Source: Lama glama (lineage: Eukaryota). Taken from it: a DNA stretch of 64,000 bases. The stretch spans positions 94,428,001 to 94,492,000 of the forward strand of contig CM052817.1 in the NCBI GenBank assembly GCA_028534125.1. Reading direction: 5' to 3'. Each line of letters begins with the position of its first letter. Position 1 is the stretch's first letter. Position numbers and translations under genes: made by a program. Shown in pieces: positions 12,800 through 25,286 of the stretch. A model generated the notes under the pieces. The model did not search any database and was not told where the DNA came from. It saw nothing but the letters and a program-made list of their open reading frames with translations.

Positions 12800-13260
12800 T
12801 ATCAGAAAGGATGAACTGAATTTGTAGCCTTGACAAGTCTCCTAAGCCAAAGCTAGACCCTGATGGGAAAGTGATGGGACTCTGAGACTTGGGATAGAAA
12901 CATCAGGGGAGATGTGCTGGAGAACAGTAATCCCCAGACAGGGGTGTGGAAATGGATATTGAGGAAGCTGGACTGGGGCGTGGAGGCAGAAGGTAAGGCT
13001 GGATAAGGATGAATTCATTGATATATGTCATCCTCCAATGACTTAGATTATGACGCTCTGGCAAGGGCTCCTGGAACCATTCTTACATTGCTAGTATGGC
13101 TCCTGAGTTTGGAAGAAACAACAGCCCACATTAAACGAGGTGGAGATGCCACAGTTGCCTTGGCACAGTGTTGAGGAAGGACTCAAAGGCTCAGAGAAAT
13201 GGGAATATTTGAATGGATCTATTCTATAAAATCTCCTCTGAGAATCTCCAGATGGTGATA
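12800..13260 (+). pseudogene. gag: ERV-L/MaLR-internal gag relic
   Basis: Piecewise translation: GK.WDSETWD (~12865-12895), VWKWILRKLDWG (~12944), VRLDKDEFIDI, PTLNEVEMPQLPWHSVEEG, LREMGIFEWI. These match ERV-L gag motifs (WDPxTW; VWEWILRVWD; LDQAEFIDM; LEMPDLPWxxVEEG; LREIGMLEWI). Several frameshifts and deletions. Confidence 0.85.
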
Positions 13261-13299
13261 TTCTTCTACACACCTCAAACTCAGTCTAGCCATGTTGAA

Positions 13300-14060
13300 G
13301 CCATCATACCTGCTCTTCTCCTTGGAAGATGGGATAGCTGCTTCCTTCATTATATTCCTTTCATTACATTCTCTTCTAGGAACCTAAGCCAGACACCCCG
13401 GGCTCAATGTCAAAGTCCTCTTTCTTAAGACTTATCACCAATTCTCACCATGTTTCATACTCTACATACTCAGTATATTTCCTATTTCTTCCTCTCTGGC
13501 ACCACCTTAATGCAATCCACCATGATTTCTCAATTAGACAGTTGAAGAAATTTCTGGGTTGTCTTCCTGTCTCCGGTCTCAGACTGTCCAGCTTAGCCAC
13601 CATATGCTAACTATTTATGCAATTATCCTTTAAGAGCATCCCAAATTTACAAAGGAAGAAAACAAAGATCTTCAGTCTATGCATACCATTTTCATAATCC
13701 GAATGTGACCTCTCGACTGTCTCTTCTACTGTAATGCATCCCATTTACTCTTTGGTCCAGACAAACTGAACTTCTTGCTATTATCTGACCGTGTCTCCAT
13801 CCCTTCACACATTCTTTCTCTCTTAGTGAGCTATCTTCATCCTCTGAAGCTTAGCTAAAGCCTTTTTCTCATCTGTGAATTCATCTCACCTCTTTGCCTA
13901 ATTTAGGAGTTCCTCCTTCTACTTTATTGTTTCACCTTGCACATAATTCTATTGTAGCATTTATCACATTGTACAGTCTGCTTACATGCCTGTCTCATAC
14001 CCTACATTGGGAGTAAGTCTTAAAATTTCTGGGATTATCACAAAATCTGGTAACATGAAT
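13300..14060 (+). mobile_element. L2 relic
   Basis: Pyrimidine-rich decayed sequence with L2 3'-region motifs (gtagcatttatcacattgta...tacatgcctgtctc). Confidence 0.55.
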
Positions 14061-14384
14061 AGAGTGGCTTCCTGGCTACTGCTGTAACTTTAAATTCTGA
14101 GGGCAATGAAACCGGTTGGGGATGACTGGTGACACAGAATAGGAAAGGACACGGGTTTGGGAGAATATGTGGTAAAATGATCATGACATTTTTATACAGA
14201 TCTCATGAGAAAATTTAAAGCTCTATTAATAAAAACAATTCTTTGCATCTGCTTTTTTTAATGCCTGTCATTAAAAGGGGTGGAGGATGCAAAGCACCTG
14301 CGGGGCAACAGGGACGAAAAGATCTAGATTCCAGGAGATAGATACAAGGCTACAGGGTTTCAATAGTTACTTTATGCTCACTTG

Positions 14385-14797
14385 GTAGAAGAGATCACCA
14401 TGCTTGTTCTCTCCCCCTGGGCCTCTTCCACAGCTTTCCTTGCAGTCAGGTAAGGCTCTTTGACTCAGTTCTGCCAATCGGATGTGCACGGAAGTGAATG
14501 TGCTGTGTCCTGGCTGAGTCACTGACACTTCTGAAACACAATCCTCCGTGCTCTTTCCACTTCTAGGTGGCAGGAATGGAAATGATCCCCATAGTGACCC
14601 TGAAAACCCAATGTTGAAGAAGAGAACACAAGATGAAAAGGACTCTGTGTCCCTGCTGCTGCAGGGAGGAGAGTTATCTGATCAGACATACCCAGAGATC
14701 AGACTGTTATGTGATCAGGAAACATAGTTTTATCATATAAAGTGTGGAATATTGAGATCTGTTTGTTATAGCGGTAAGTCTAACCCTAACTTAAACA
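14385..14797 (+). mobile_element. MaLR LTR (MLT1J-like)
   Basis: ttccttgcagtcagg...tgactcagttctg...ggaagtga and 3' end tttgttatagc...taacttaaaca. Confidence 0.65.
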
Positions 14798-15399
14798 AAA
14801 ACTATTTCCTTTCTCAGCTATTTGTTCATGAGTTCTGTTCCTCTGAATTACTTAAAATGTCCAAATAGAATTGAACCACGTCCACCCATCTTACTAAGAA
14901 AAACAAGAGTTTCATCCACAGCCAAGCTCCATGGACACAATGTCTCACCTTATTGCTTTGCCATTCACTATAGTGTGTCCTTGTCTGAATATTTTAGACT
15001 AATTCACCTCTCCGTACATCCTCCTGACCTTAGGAAGGCGAAAGAGAGAGTTCAGAGCAAGAAGCATTTTAGTTAAATAGATGACTCAGAAGTTGCACAC
15101 AGTAGTTCCTCTCATACCTCATTAATTTGAACCTGGTTATATGGAAAGAAAAGAGAGAAAAGTAATCTCTAGATGGTATACCTATTTCCAGCTTCTATTA
15201 CTAAAAGGAAGAAGAAAATGGATACTAGGGGACAAGCAGCTCTTCTGACTAAGTATTTATCTACATACTACTTTTCACTCCTAGAACACCTGCACCCTGT
15301 CCCCGAGGGAGAGAATCCAAGTTCCCATCAAGTTTCCTCAACCGGCTCAGAGTCTAGGAACACTAAGTAGTTTCCCTTTATTATAAATCTGGAAATCTT

Positions 15400-16980
15400 A
15401 TCCCAAACCTCCCTTAGCTCCCTCACCTCCTTTCCTCTTGTCTCAGAGGATGGGATGATTGTTCTGCATGCGGTCTAAATCCCCAACTCTCTCTTCTCTG
15501 AAAATTTCCTTCCTAAACCATCACTTCTACTTTGTATCTCCTGTTATCAGTGATGCCCCATCAATACTGTTCTCTCCTTCCTACCAGCAAAGACTCTACC
15601 ACCTCTTTTACGTTGAAAGTGTGTATCAATCCTGCATCTTTTCTGAGCTAAGCTCCATCAGTAGCCTTCTGCCACCACTACAAATTTTTAAAAAGAATTC
15701 ATGTATTTCACTTCTCTCTGATTCCTCCATCCACTGAAATCTTAGCCTCCATTCTGCCTCTGAAAACTCTTTAGCGCCACATTGACAATTTTAGTGACTT
15801 TGACAATCTTGATCTGTGAATTATTTGACACTGTGACTCATTCTGGAAATGCTTCTTTATCTTCTAGGACATCATGTTCTAACCTCTTCTCCTCTTGCCC
15901 TTTGACCAACCAATATGAATTATTAAAAAAATTTTTTAATTGAAGTGTAGTTGATTTAGAATGTTAGTTTCAGGTGTACAGCACCGCCGAGTCCTTTCTC
16001 AGTTCCATATTTATTTGCATGCCACTAAAAGTTGGTGTCTTCTGTGTCTGTTCTTGGTATTCTTTTCTTCTCACACTACATCTTCTCTCTCGTCTACTTT
16101 ATCCTTTTCCATAGCTGCAGTTCTCAGCTCGATGCTAATGAGTCCCAAATCTATATTTACACTCTAACCCCCTTTCCTGAGCCCAATTCATCTAAACTGC
16201 GTTATAGACACCTCCTCTTAGAATTTCCACAAGCACATCAAAGTCAGTAAGGACATCATGCTCCCCCTTTTGTGTTCTTTCTTTCTCAGTAAATGGTGCC
16301 ATCATCCACTGTCTCAACCAGGCAGAAAGTCTGGATTCATCAATAAGTCCTCTTCCCTTTTCTTCATTTCCATATATCAGTCAGTCATCAACTCTTATGG
16401 ACTCAGTCCTCCAGATATCTCTTAATTCTTTAAACTTGGCCATTCATTTTCATCCTGTAACTACCACCCTAGCTTGGGCCACCACCATAGCTCACATAAA
16501 TACTGCTGTAGCTAACTGTCCTCCTCTCCTGGGGTCTTGCTCCCATCCAGTCTGTTCTTCATGCTGTGGCTGGACTATTTGATTAAATCAAACACAATTC
16601 CTCAGGATACCACTTCTCTACTCAGATATTTTCAATGCTTTCTCATCTTCTTCAGGATAAAGTGGAAATTCTTCAACACGTCATTTGGAGGCTTCCCTGA
16701 CTTGGATCCAGTGCCATTTCCAGACTCATCTCTGCCCATCCTTCCAGTCACATTTGGCCATCAGTCATGTTAATTTTTTTTCGTCATTTAATGAGATCTT
16801 GGTTTTCTTGCCTTCAGGCCTTTCCACACACCATGCCTATTGTCTGAAGAGTTCCCCCTCCTCTTCTCTCCTAGTAGATGCTTACTCATTCTTCAGATTT
16901 CAGCTTAAATATAAATTCTTTGGGATTTTTGCCTGAACTGCAGATGAGAGTCACCCCCAGTGCTCTATGCTCCTGTAACC
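15400..16980 (+). mobile_element. L2 relic (interrupted by a short L1 3' end at ~15930-15985)
   Basis: L2 motifs: tcccaaatctatat, ctcagtaaatggtgccatcatcc, cttactcattcttcagatttcagcttaaat. Confidence 0.7.
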
Positions 16981-16982
16981 CC

Positions 16983-17436
16983 TGTCCTAGTGTCCTGGGG
17001 CTGCCATAACAGCACACCACAAACTGGGTGACTTAAAACAACAGAAATTTATTTTCTCACAGTTCTGGAAGCTAGAAAGTCAAAACCAAGGTGTCAGCAG
17101 GGCTCTCTCTGAGGCTCTGGGTGGAGTCCTTCCTTGCCTCGTCCTGTCTTCTAGAAGTGGCCAGCATCACTGGCGTTCCTTGGCTTTTGCTGCATCACTC
17201 CAACCTCTGCCTCTGTCATCAGGTGGCCTTCTCTCTGTGTCTCTGCATCTCTGTGTTTAGATAGTGTTTTCCTTTTCTTATAAGGATGCCGATCATATTG
17301 GATTAGCGCTCACCTTAATGACTACAAGGAATTTGATTATATCTGGAAAGACTATTTCCAAATAAGGTGGCATTCATAGGTACTGGGGGTTAGAAGTTCA
17401 ATATATCTTTTGGGGGGGATAGTTCAAGCCACAAGA
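16983..17436 (-). mobile_element. MaLR solo LTR (MLT1B/C-like)
   Basis: gctgccataaca...caaactgggtgacttaaaacaacagaaatttatt...ctcacagttctgga, tttccaaataaggt. Confidence 0.85.
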
Positions 17437-18640
17437 CCTCCCATAATTTCCTTTTCACAATACTCGTCCCTCTGTATTGTAATTATTCAATGTTAACCTT
17501 CCCAGGTAGACCCTTCTTCCCTTTCTCATTGGATCCCCATTATTTGAGATAATAAGAGCACTTCTGGGAAGAATGACTGTGAGCTAAGAGGCAAAGTTGT
17601 GGGCTGAAGACTGGAGAAGCAGCTCAACCAAGAAATCGATGCTGGAAATTTCCAAGCTAAAATAAACAGCAGGATTCCTTCACAAGCTGGGGTTAGACAC
17701 AGAGTGGGCAGAGAGGTAGGGGAGGTATGAAGCAGGGTCAGCTCCGGCACAAACTTTACAAAAGCAGAATTACTTTTTGCAATTTGTAGCCTCTCTTTTG
17801 CATGAGGTTTGCCAGCCTCCTGGGCAGGGGACTGAGCCCTAAAGTTTTGGATTTTTTTCTCTCAGGCTGCTGAAATATTTTTCTCTGTCCTCACACGTCT
17901 CTTAGTCTAAAGGGTGTGATTATGTCCACACAACCTGGGCTCCTCAGAACAAATTTTACGATTCACAGGGAAGAGAACAGAACACAGAGAACACACACAG
18001 TATTTATGGATGCATTATTGTGTTTCTCTAGCTTTTATTTATTGCCTATTCCTGGAAAGAAAAGCTTGTATGTATGATTCAGCGGCTGATTATTTATGCC
18101 CTTGACTCCCCACTTCCCAGCTCATATATCCTTTAGTTTTCGATTCAGTACCTGAAACAAATCACAATAAAAGTCTCATAGTACATGATGTGAAAATCTT
18201 TCAACCTAGCAATTTTAAAAACACTTTCATTAAGGTGCTGGTAGAAATTGATGCTATTGACTAAAATCAGTTAAAATATTTTGGGTACTTTATGCATCAT
18301 TTCTTTTACTTTCACATTAGAATTAGTCAAAACAAGAGTCATGGTAAGAGTTCAGCTGTTTATTGGTTGTCATAGACTCTGTTTGTGATTTACTGTGGGA
18401 CACAGGGATTTGGGGAACTAATCGTGGAAGGGAGAGATAGGAGTATAAGTAAATAAATAAAATACAATTTGAGGAAAAATTTTGAAATCTACTGGTTTAG
18501 TTAATTAGGATTACTGGCTTAAAGTTCTCTGAGATAATTCTCATACATACATGAATGCTTACATATATATATATATCTACACGATTAAATTTAAATTATT
18601 AATAATTTGTTCAAAAAGTGCTATTAGAGTAGGTTTAGAG

Positions 18641-18866
18641 CAGTGGTTCTTAAGCAGGGACGATTTTCCTCCAATGGGACATTTGGCAGTGTCTAGAGAC
18701 ATTTCTGGTTATCACATGGGTGGGGATGAGGGGATGGGAGGGGATGCTACTGGCATTTAGTGTAAAAGCCCAGAGTGCTGCTGAACATCCCACAATGCAT
18801 AGGACAGCTCCCACACCAAAGATTACTGACTCAAAATGGCAACAGTGCTGAGACTGAGAAACCCTG
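18641..18866. mobile_element. MER20 hAT DNA transposon, complete
   Basis: Termini cagtggttct...agaaaccctg, MER20 core ggacatttggcagtgtctagagacattt. Perfect 8-bp TSD gtttagag (18633-18640, 18867-18874). Confidence 0.9.
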
Positions 18867-19894
18867 GTTTAGAGGATGAACACTTAGCTGATATAAAAAG
18901 GAATTTTCTATTTACTTTTCTCGGCCCCCCACCCCTTTTTTCCTTTTATTTTTACCACTCTCCATAATCCCACGACTAAAATTCTTAAATATTAATTCAC
19001 AAAATTGAAAAGCAGAATGGGAGAGAAGGTGAGTCCTGTTCTCCTTGAGGCTGGATCATTTTCTGGTAGGAAATGAGGCAGCATATGCACTCTTCCCAAA
19101 ATGGTTCTTTCAGCCACAAGGGAGCCCCAGGACCCCGACTGAATCAGCGTGATGGAGGCGACTCTTACCAGGCGCTGCTGTTCTATCTGTAAGCTTTTGT
19201 TGAACATGAGAGTACTCGTGGGTGTCATTTAGGAAAGAAGAACTATTTCTGGTAATTATTCAGAAGCCAGAGGAATCTACAATGATGGAAAAAGTGTTTC
19301 CCCCCTCACCAAGAGCTTAAAAGAAAATAACCTCCCCAAAACGAAGTTGTGAGGTTTGGTTCCCTGGCAGCCAAGATGTCATTACAGTAATGTGACACCT
19401 CTGATACTTGTGGAACAGAAGAATCTATACCCGACTTTTAAGACAATACAAATCTGAGAATAGATGTTAGGGTGATTGTTTTTAGTGTTTCCAAATTAAT
19501 TCCTATATTTAGACTTTGAGTAAAGCATTATAATGAGTATCTCTCTTGTAATGATAGATTGCACCACGCACAAATCAGACTGAGAACATGACTAATAATG
19601 ACCTTCAAAGAATGGAACCTGGAATTGTTTAAGGGTGATTGTTCTTAAACTCCTCATGGCTCAGTTCTTCACCTTACTCATCCCTCATCTTATCAGAGAG
19701 ACTATCTGTCTACTCCACCTGAAAAAGCAGTTCCTAGGCTGACCCTATCACTCTCCGTTCCCCACTTTATTTTATTATATAACATTTACCATCACTGGAC
19801 AAAATGTGTATTTACTTGCTTATCCATTTATTGACTTTCCCAGACGTTTCATCCCCACTATGATGGAAGCTATACTGTAGCAGAGCTTTTGATT

Positions 19895-20150
19895 TTTAAT
19901 GTTGTATTTAACAAGCACTTACATAGTACCTACTATTTGCCAGGGATTGTTCCAAGGACTCTGTAAAGATGAACTCATTTAAACCTTATAACAATTCTAA
20001 GATGTCTATTCTATTTTTATTCCCATTTTTTTGATGAGGAAACTGAGGTGTAGAGAACTTAACGTGCCCCAGGTTACACAGCTAGTTAATGGCAGAGTCA
20101 GTACTGGAATCAGACAGTCTCAATTCAGTCTGTGCTCTTAACCTTTATGC
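19895..20150 (-). mobile_element. MIR SINE
   Basis: Core gatgaggaaactgagg...cccaggttacacagctag. Confidence 0.8.
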
Positions 20151-20684
20151 TTACACGTGCAACTCCCAGAACAACACCTGACTCAGATCAGGCTTCAATA
20201 TATATTTGTTGGTTGAATGAAACGGTCCTGCAAACACATGTGAAAGTAATCAAGCAGTATTTTACCGAGTTATTTAGACCAAGAATTAAATTTCTGAACA
20301 CTCAAGTATGTAAATCACAATTACACTATTCAACATCAAGATATAAATTCAATCATTCATTTTGTGTATAAAAGGCAATGGTTTTAAAATCTGTCATTAG
20401 CAAGGGGGTTCCACTCAATAGGAAAACATTTAAATCTTTCGGAAACAGTAGTCATTCAGGTTGAATCAAGAAGTAATAATCCACTTTCTCATCAACATTT
20501 GTTAATTCAACAAGGATTCATTGAGTCCTTACCCTGTGGTTCTATGTATTTGAGATATACCAGCAGGAAATGAGAAGACAAAAAATAATGCCAGCTAAGT
20601 CAAAGGTCCCTCCTCACACGGTACTGACAATCTAGCAGTAAGCACTACTTTATCATTCTTCAGTGTTAAAACTAGTGTTTGTTT

Positions 20685-20863
20685 GTTTTTATTTTATTTA
20701 AATCCAAGTTTAACTTTATAGTTGGCTTTTTTTTTTTTGGTGGGGGAGTGGGGAGGTAATTAGGTTTATTTATTTATTTTTTAGAGGAGGTACCGAGGAT
20801 CTAACCTAGGACCTTGTGCGTGATAAGCCTGCGCTCTACCACTTGAACCATACTCTCCTCCCT
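20685..20863 (-). mobile_element. Camelid tRNA-derived SINE (Vic-1-like)
   Basis: Minus strand: GGGAGGAGAGTATGGTTCAAGTGGTAGAGCGC...GGTCCTAGGTTAGATCCTCGGTACCTCCTCTAAAAAATAAATAAATAAACCTAATTACCTCCCC (Pol III A/B boxes). TSD tagtgtttgttt at 20673-20684 and 20864-20875. Confidence 0.85.
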
Positions 20864-21258
20864 TAGTGTTTGTTTTTAAATACCACTGGATAGTCAGATC
20901 TTCCCAGATCTGACTTTTTCATCATAAACTGCAGAACTCAGCAGTTAACTCTGAGAACACATAATAATTGACTCTAGCTCCCTATTGGAAGGAAAAAGAT
21001 TATGGACAAAGAATAAATATATTATATGAAAATAATGTATATGTGGGAACTCACTTTATCCATCTGTCATTGTTCTACTAAAAGAAACAAACATAACCCA
21101 CAGGGAGGAGCGTTGTGACTGAGGGGTGACTGCTGTCCTGCCCGGACCCCTAAGAGGACCTCTGGTTCTCCCTGGAAGCATGAAGAAAGGTTTTAAAGCT
21201 CTGCAGACATTTGCCTGGAGGGGAGAGAAAGCTCACTTCGAGAAAAAAGAACAGTCTA

Positions 21259-21468
21259 TGTAATAGGGAAGAACAAATCTGACTCCATATTAGATCTGTC
21301 CCTTTGTGCTAATCCTGTGCACAGTTTCCTGTGCTTAGTCATGCTGGTTCTGCACCTTTTGTAATAGAGTGTTACCTATATCCTGAAATATACAGGACAG
21401 CCCTTTTTCAAGGCTCTGACCTTTAGGGTATAACACTTTTCCATTCAAACAGAGATAAAAAGTTGCAA
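21259..21468 (+). mobile_element. Truncated ERV1-type LTR (5' part only)
   Basis: Begins TGTAATAGGGAAGAACAAATCT, the reverse complement of the end of the LTR at 29147-29639. Homology stops abruptly at ~21468. Confidence 0.8.
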
Positions 21469-22509
21469 TACTATCCACCCCACACCAGGCATTTCTGAGG
21501 ATCAGATGAGATACTTTGATGTGCTATTTGTATTTATTAATACCTTGCCTTTTGGGATATTAATAGTGGACGTGAGGTGGCTCACAGTAATGACTCAAGG
21601 ATATATAATAATGAACTATAAAGAGAAAATTGGGACAAAGAAAAAGACAGTAAGAATCTTAGTCATAACAATGATTTGGGTTTCAAATTTAACTGGGAGT
21701 TTCAAGGTAGCCAAAAGAAAAAGTGACACAGAATTGATGTTTCTTATGTGGAAAGCTTGATGCATGAGTTCCTCAGAAGAAGCAGAGCTCTTCTTAGAAG
21801 GAAAAACCTAGAAGGAATTTTTTCACAGCGGAGTTACAGTGAGAGATGTGGCAGACAGTCTCCATAACGGTATTTTACAGCAGCATTAATATGGACTCCG
21901 TTAAGGGGCTAAGCAACTTGCTCCAAGTAGGTAACATGACATCTGATGATACAATTTGATCTTAAGATTGAATTTAAAGTACTCCGCTCTGAGGTTAAAA
22001 AAAATTCTCCCATTTGTTCCTTGTGTTTTTATAATTCCATATTTTATTCATTTAGATCTTCCATCAGTCTGGCATTTATTTTGGTGGTGTATATAAAATA
22101 GAAATAAAAGTTAATTGTTTTTTTCAAGGTGGCCATTCAGTTGTTCAAACACCACTTGTTGAATAGCTTAATTTAAAAGGCGACTTTTAGCATCTCCTAA
22201 ACTTCCCTATCCCTTCGGATCTGTATCTGGACTGTTAGTTCTCTTCCATTGCTCCATCTGTGCCTGTATCACCATTTTACATCACTGCACTGCTTTAATT
22301 ATAGCATCTTTATTGTGTATTTTAATATCTGATTGGGTCATAATGCATTCCAGTATTTGGCTATTCTTCTTTGTTTATTTTTATATGCATGGCATAATCA
22401 CGCACTCACTTTCCAAAAGAATCATGATGCTATTTGTTATTGAGATAATGTTGAATTATTATTAATTTATATATACGACATTAGGCCTTCTGACACAAGC
22501 ATGTGATTT

Positions 22510-23339
22510 TTCCATTGAGTATAGCTGATGTACAATATTAAATTAGTTTTAGGTGTACAACATAGTGATTTATAATTTTTAAAGGTTCTATTCCATCTAC
22601 AGTTAGGATAAAATACTGGCTATAGCCCCTGTGGTATACAATATATCCTTGCAGATTATTGATTTTATGCATTATAGGTTGCACCTCTTAATTCCCTATC
22701 CCTATCTTGCCCCTCCCACTTCCTTCTTCCTATATGTTACCACTAGTTTGTTCTCTACCATCTGTGAGTCGGTTGCTGAGTCCAAGCTCATACTGCTTGC
22801 TGCACGACAGGCCAATAAATTAAGAGATGAGGCACTGGGGCAAGGAATAGTGACTTTATTTGGAAAACCAGCAGACTGAGAAGATGGTGAACTAGTGTCT
22901 GAAAGAACCATCTTACCCAAGCTAGAATTTAGGCTTCTTTTATACTAAAAAGGGCAGGGATGTGGCTGGTTGTTGCACACTTCTTGGTGCCAGAATCCCT
23001 TCTTTATTTTTCCAGCTGTCCACATAGATCTGGTCACAATGTTCCTGTAAACCTCTAACAAGACAGTTGTTATTTTCTGTTCTGCAACTCTTAATTAATC
23101 TCTACATGAATGGAGAAGTGTCATAGCTTTAAAGGTCAGAGACCTGAGAATGGGCTATCCTGTATTTTTCAGGCTATAGGCGACATTCTTTTATAAAAGG
23201 GGCAGAGCCAACATGACTAAGCACAGACAACGGAGCATAGAGGTTAGAGCTAAAGGAATGGATCCAAGATGGAGTCGGGTTTGTTCTTCTCTGTTATAAG
23301 TCTGTTTCTTTTTTCTTATATTCACTAGTTTGTTTTGCT
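22510..23339 (-). mobile_element. Younger L1 3' end, split by a solo LTR
   Basis: L1 3'UTR with 12-bp TSD agcatgtgattt (22498-22509, 23340-23351). Confidence 0.8.
22771..23298 (-). mobile_element. ERV1-type solo LTR
   Basis: 4-bp TSD agtc (22767-22770, 23299-23302), AATAAA on minus, homologous to 29147-29639. Confidence 0.85.
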
Positions 23340-24752
23340 AGCATGTGATTTGAATTTCCATGTATTCTTCTTTCCATTTGTTTTGTTTTTCTTATTTTTG
23401 TCCCTTACATTATGAAGTACTCTTGATATAAATTTTGTATTTTCCTTGTTAACTACTTTCCCAGGTATTTTTGTTGTTGTTATTGAATACAGTGTATCTT
23501 AACCTATTTTACATCATATATCTGGTGGCTGTTTATGTATGTACAGGCAATTAACTTCTGTATATTTACTTTTTCTCCGCCACTGTACCAACTTGTCTTA
23601 TTATTTGGAATAGTTTTCTTAGATGAATTTCTGATATTTTCTACATGTACTATCATATTATCTACACAAATGATAATTTTATCTGCTCCCCTCCAATTTT
23701 TATGCTGATTATGTATTTTCTGTGTTTATCGCATTGTCATGTTATTGGTGATAGTGAGGCTCTTTGTCTTATTCCTAACTACAGTTTTAAATGTTTTCCA
23801 TTGAGCAAGGTGCTGACCAATGCTATCATGTTTAGGAAGAATCCATTTGTTCCTATTTTAAGATCTGTACCTTTGCTTTTTTAACAATACTGGATATTGA
23901 ATTTATCAAGTTCTTTTTCAGCATCTATAGAGTTGATAATACGATTTTTCTCTTTTAATCAACTACTCTTAGTTATAAGATTTTCTTACAGTGGATCACC
24001 TTGAATTTCTGATGGAATATATTTGGTAATATTTTATTTGGAATTTTGCTTCTATATTCATAAGTGAGTGTAGTTTATAATTTTTTATGTGATCATGATG
24101 GTTTTTAGTATCAGTGTTATCATTTTGTAACAATAATCTAAAAGGATCCTTTTTCTGTACTCTAGAATAGTTTAAGAACATTGGGATTTTAGTTTCTAAA
24201 ATATCTGGTAAAATACTACTATGAAATTATTTAATTATATTGCTTTATTTGAGGGAATGGCTGCTCTGACAAATTTCTCTATTTTTGATGGTAATTTACC
24301 TGTTTAGATTTTTTATATTTCTGGAATTAATTTTGGTAATTTATATTTTCTCAGAAAATAGTCATGCATGCAGGTTTTCAATTTTTTTTCTTAGAATTGA
24401 GAACATTATTTTCAATAATATTGTAATTTTGTTTATACCTATTGTTTTTGATATCTTGTCTTTTTAATTTTGTGCTCCCTTTTCTTGATTAGATTATCTA
24501 ATAGTTTATCTATTTTGTTAACTTCCTCTCCAAGAAATCAGTTGTTGGATATATTTAATTGGCTCTACCTTTTCCTGTTTTCTCCCTTTGATTTTCTAAT
24601 TCCTGTCCTTAAATTCATTTTTTAAGTTTTTCTAACCTTTTGAGTTCAATTTTTAATTTGTTTTTAATTTTTTGTAGCTTATTTTTTTAAGTATAAAATT
24701 TATTATTATTTTTTTCAGTGTCCATAATGTGGCCCTTTAAAAAATTTTTTTT

Positions 24753-25286
24753 AAATGAAAACATGATGATCCAAAACCTATGAGATGCAGCAAAAACAGT
24801 TCTAAGAGGGAAGTTTAGAGCATTATCTCAAGAAAAAATAAAAATCTCAAATAAACAACCTAACCTCCTTACACCTAAAGCAATGGAAGAAGAAAGAACA
24901 AACAAAACCCAAAGTTAGCAGAAGGAAAGAAATCATAAAGATCAGAGCAGAAATAAATGAAACTGAGACTAAAAACAAAATAGAAAAGATCAATGAAACG
25001 AAAAGCTGGTTCCTTGATAAGATAAACAAAATTGATAAACCTTTAATCAGAACTATCAAGAATAAAAAGGAGAGGGCCCAAATTAATAAAATGAGAAATG
25101 AAAAAGAAGTTACAACGGACACCACAGAAGTACAAAGGATCATAGGAGACCACTACAACTACACGTCAATAAAATGGATAACCTAGAAGAAAAGGACAAA
25201 TTCTTAGAAAGGCACAATCTCCCAAGACTGAACCAGGAAGAAATAGAAAATATGAACAGACCAATTACCAGTAATGAAACTGAATC
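24753..25286 (+). mobile_element. Internal L1 ORF2 fragment without L1 3'UTR
   Basis: Translates to QNL*DAAKTVLRGKF ... [35 protein letters not shown] (L1 ORF2 between the EN and RT domains). Confidence 0.85.

Larger units (their letters stand above)
22000..24680 (-). mobile_element. Old decayed L1M body hosting nested insertions
   Basis: T-rich antisense ORF2-like motifs (cagttgttcaaacaccacttgttgaa, ggaattttgcttctatattcataagtga). Continues to ~25370. Confidence 0.65.

Noticed and set aside
12182..13038. Exact 15-mer tatgtcatcctccaa at 12182 and 13024, and 12-bp tandem cacttctgggac at 12221-12244
   Set aside because: The second 15-mer lies inside the gag relic rather than at an element boundary, so it is not a TSD; both are compatible with chance or slippage.
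20780..20863. tRNA gene
   Set aside because: tRNA-like head belongs to a SINE with A-tail and TSD; boxes are degenerate.
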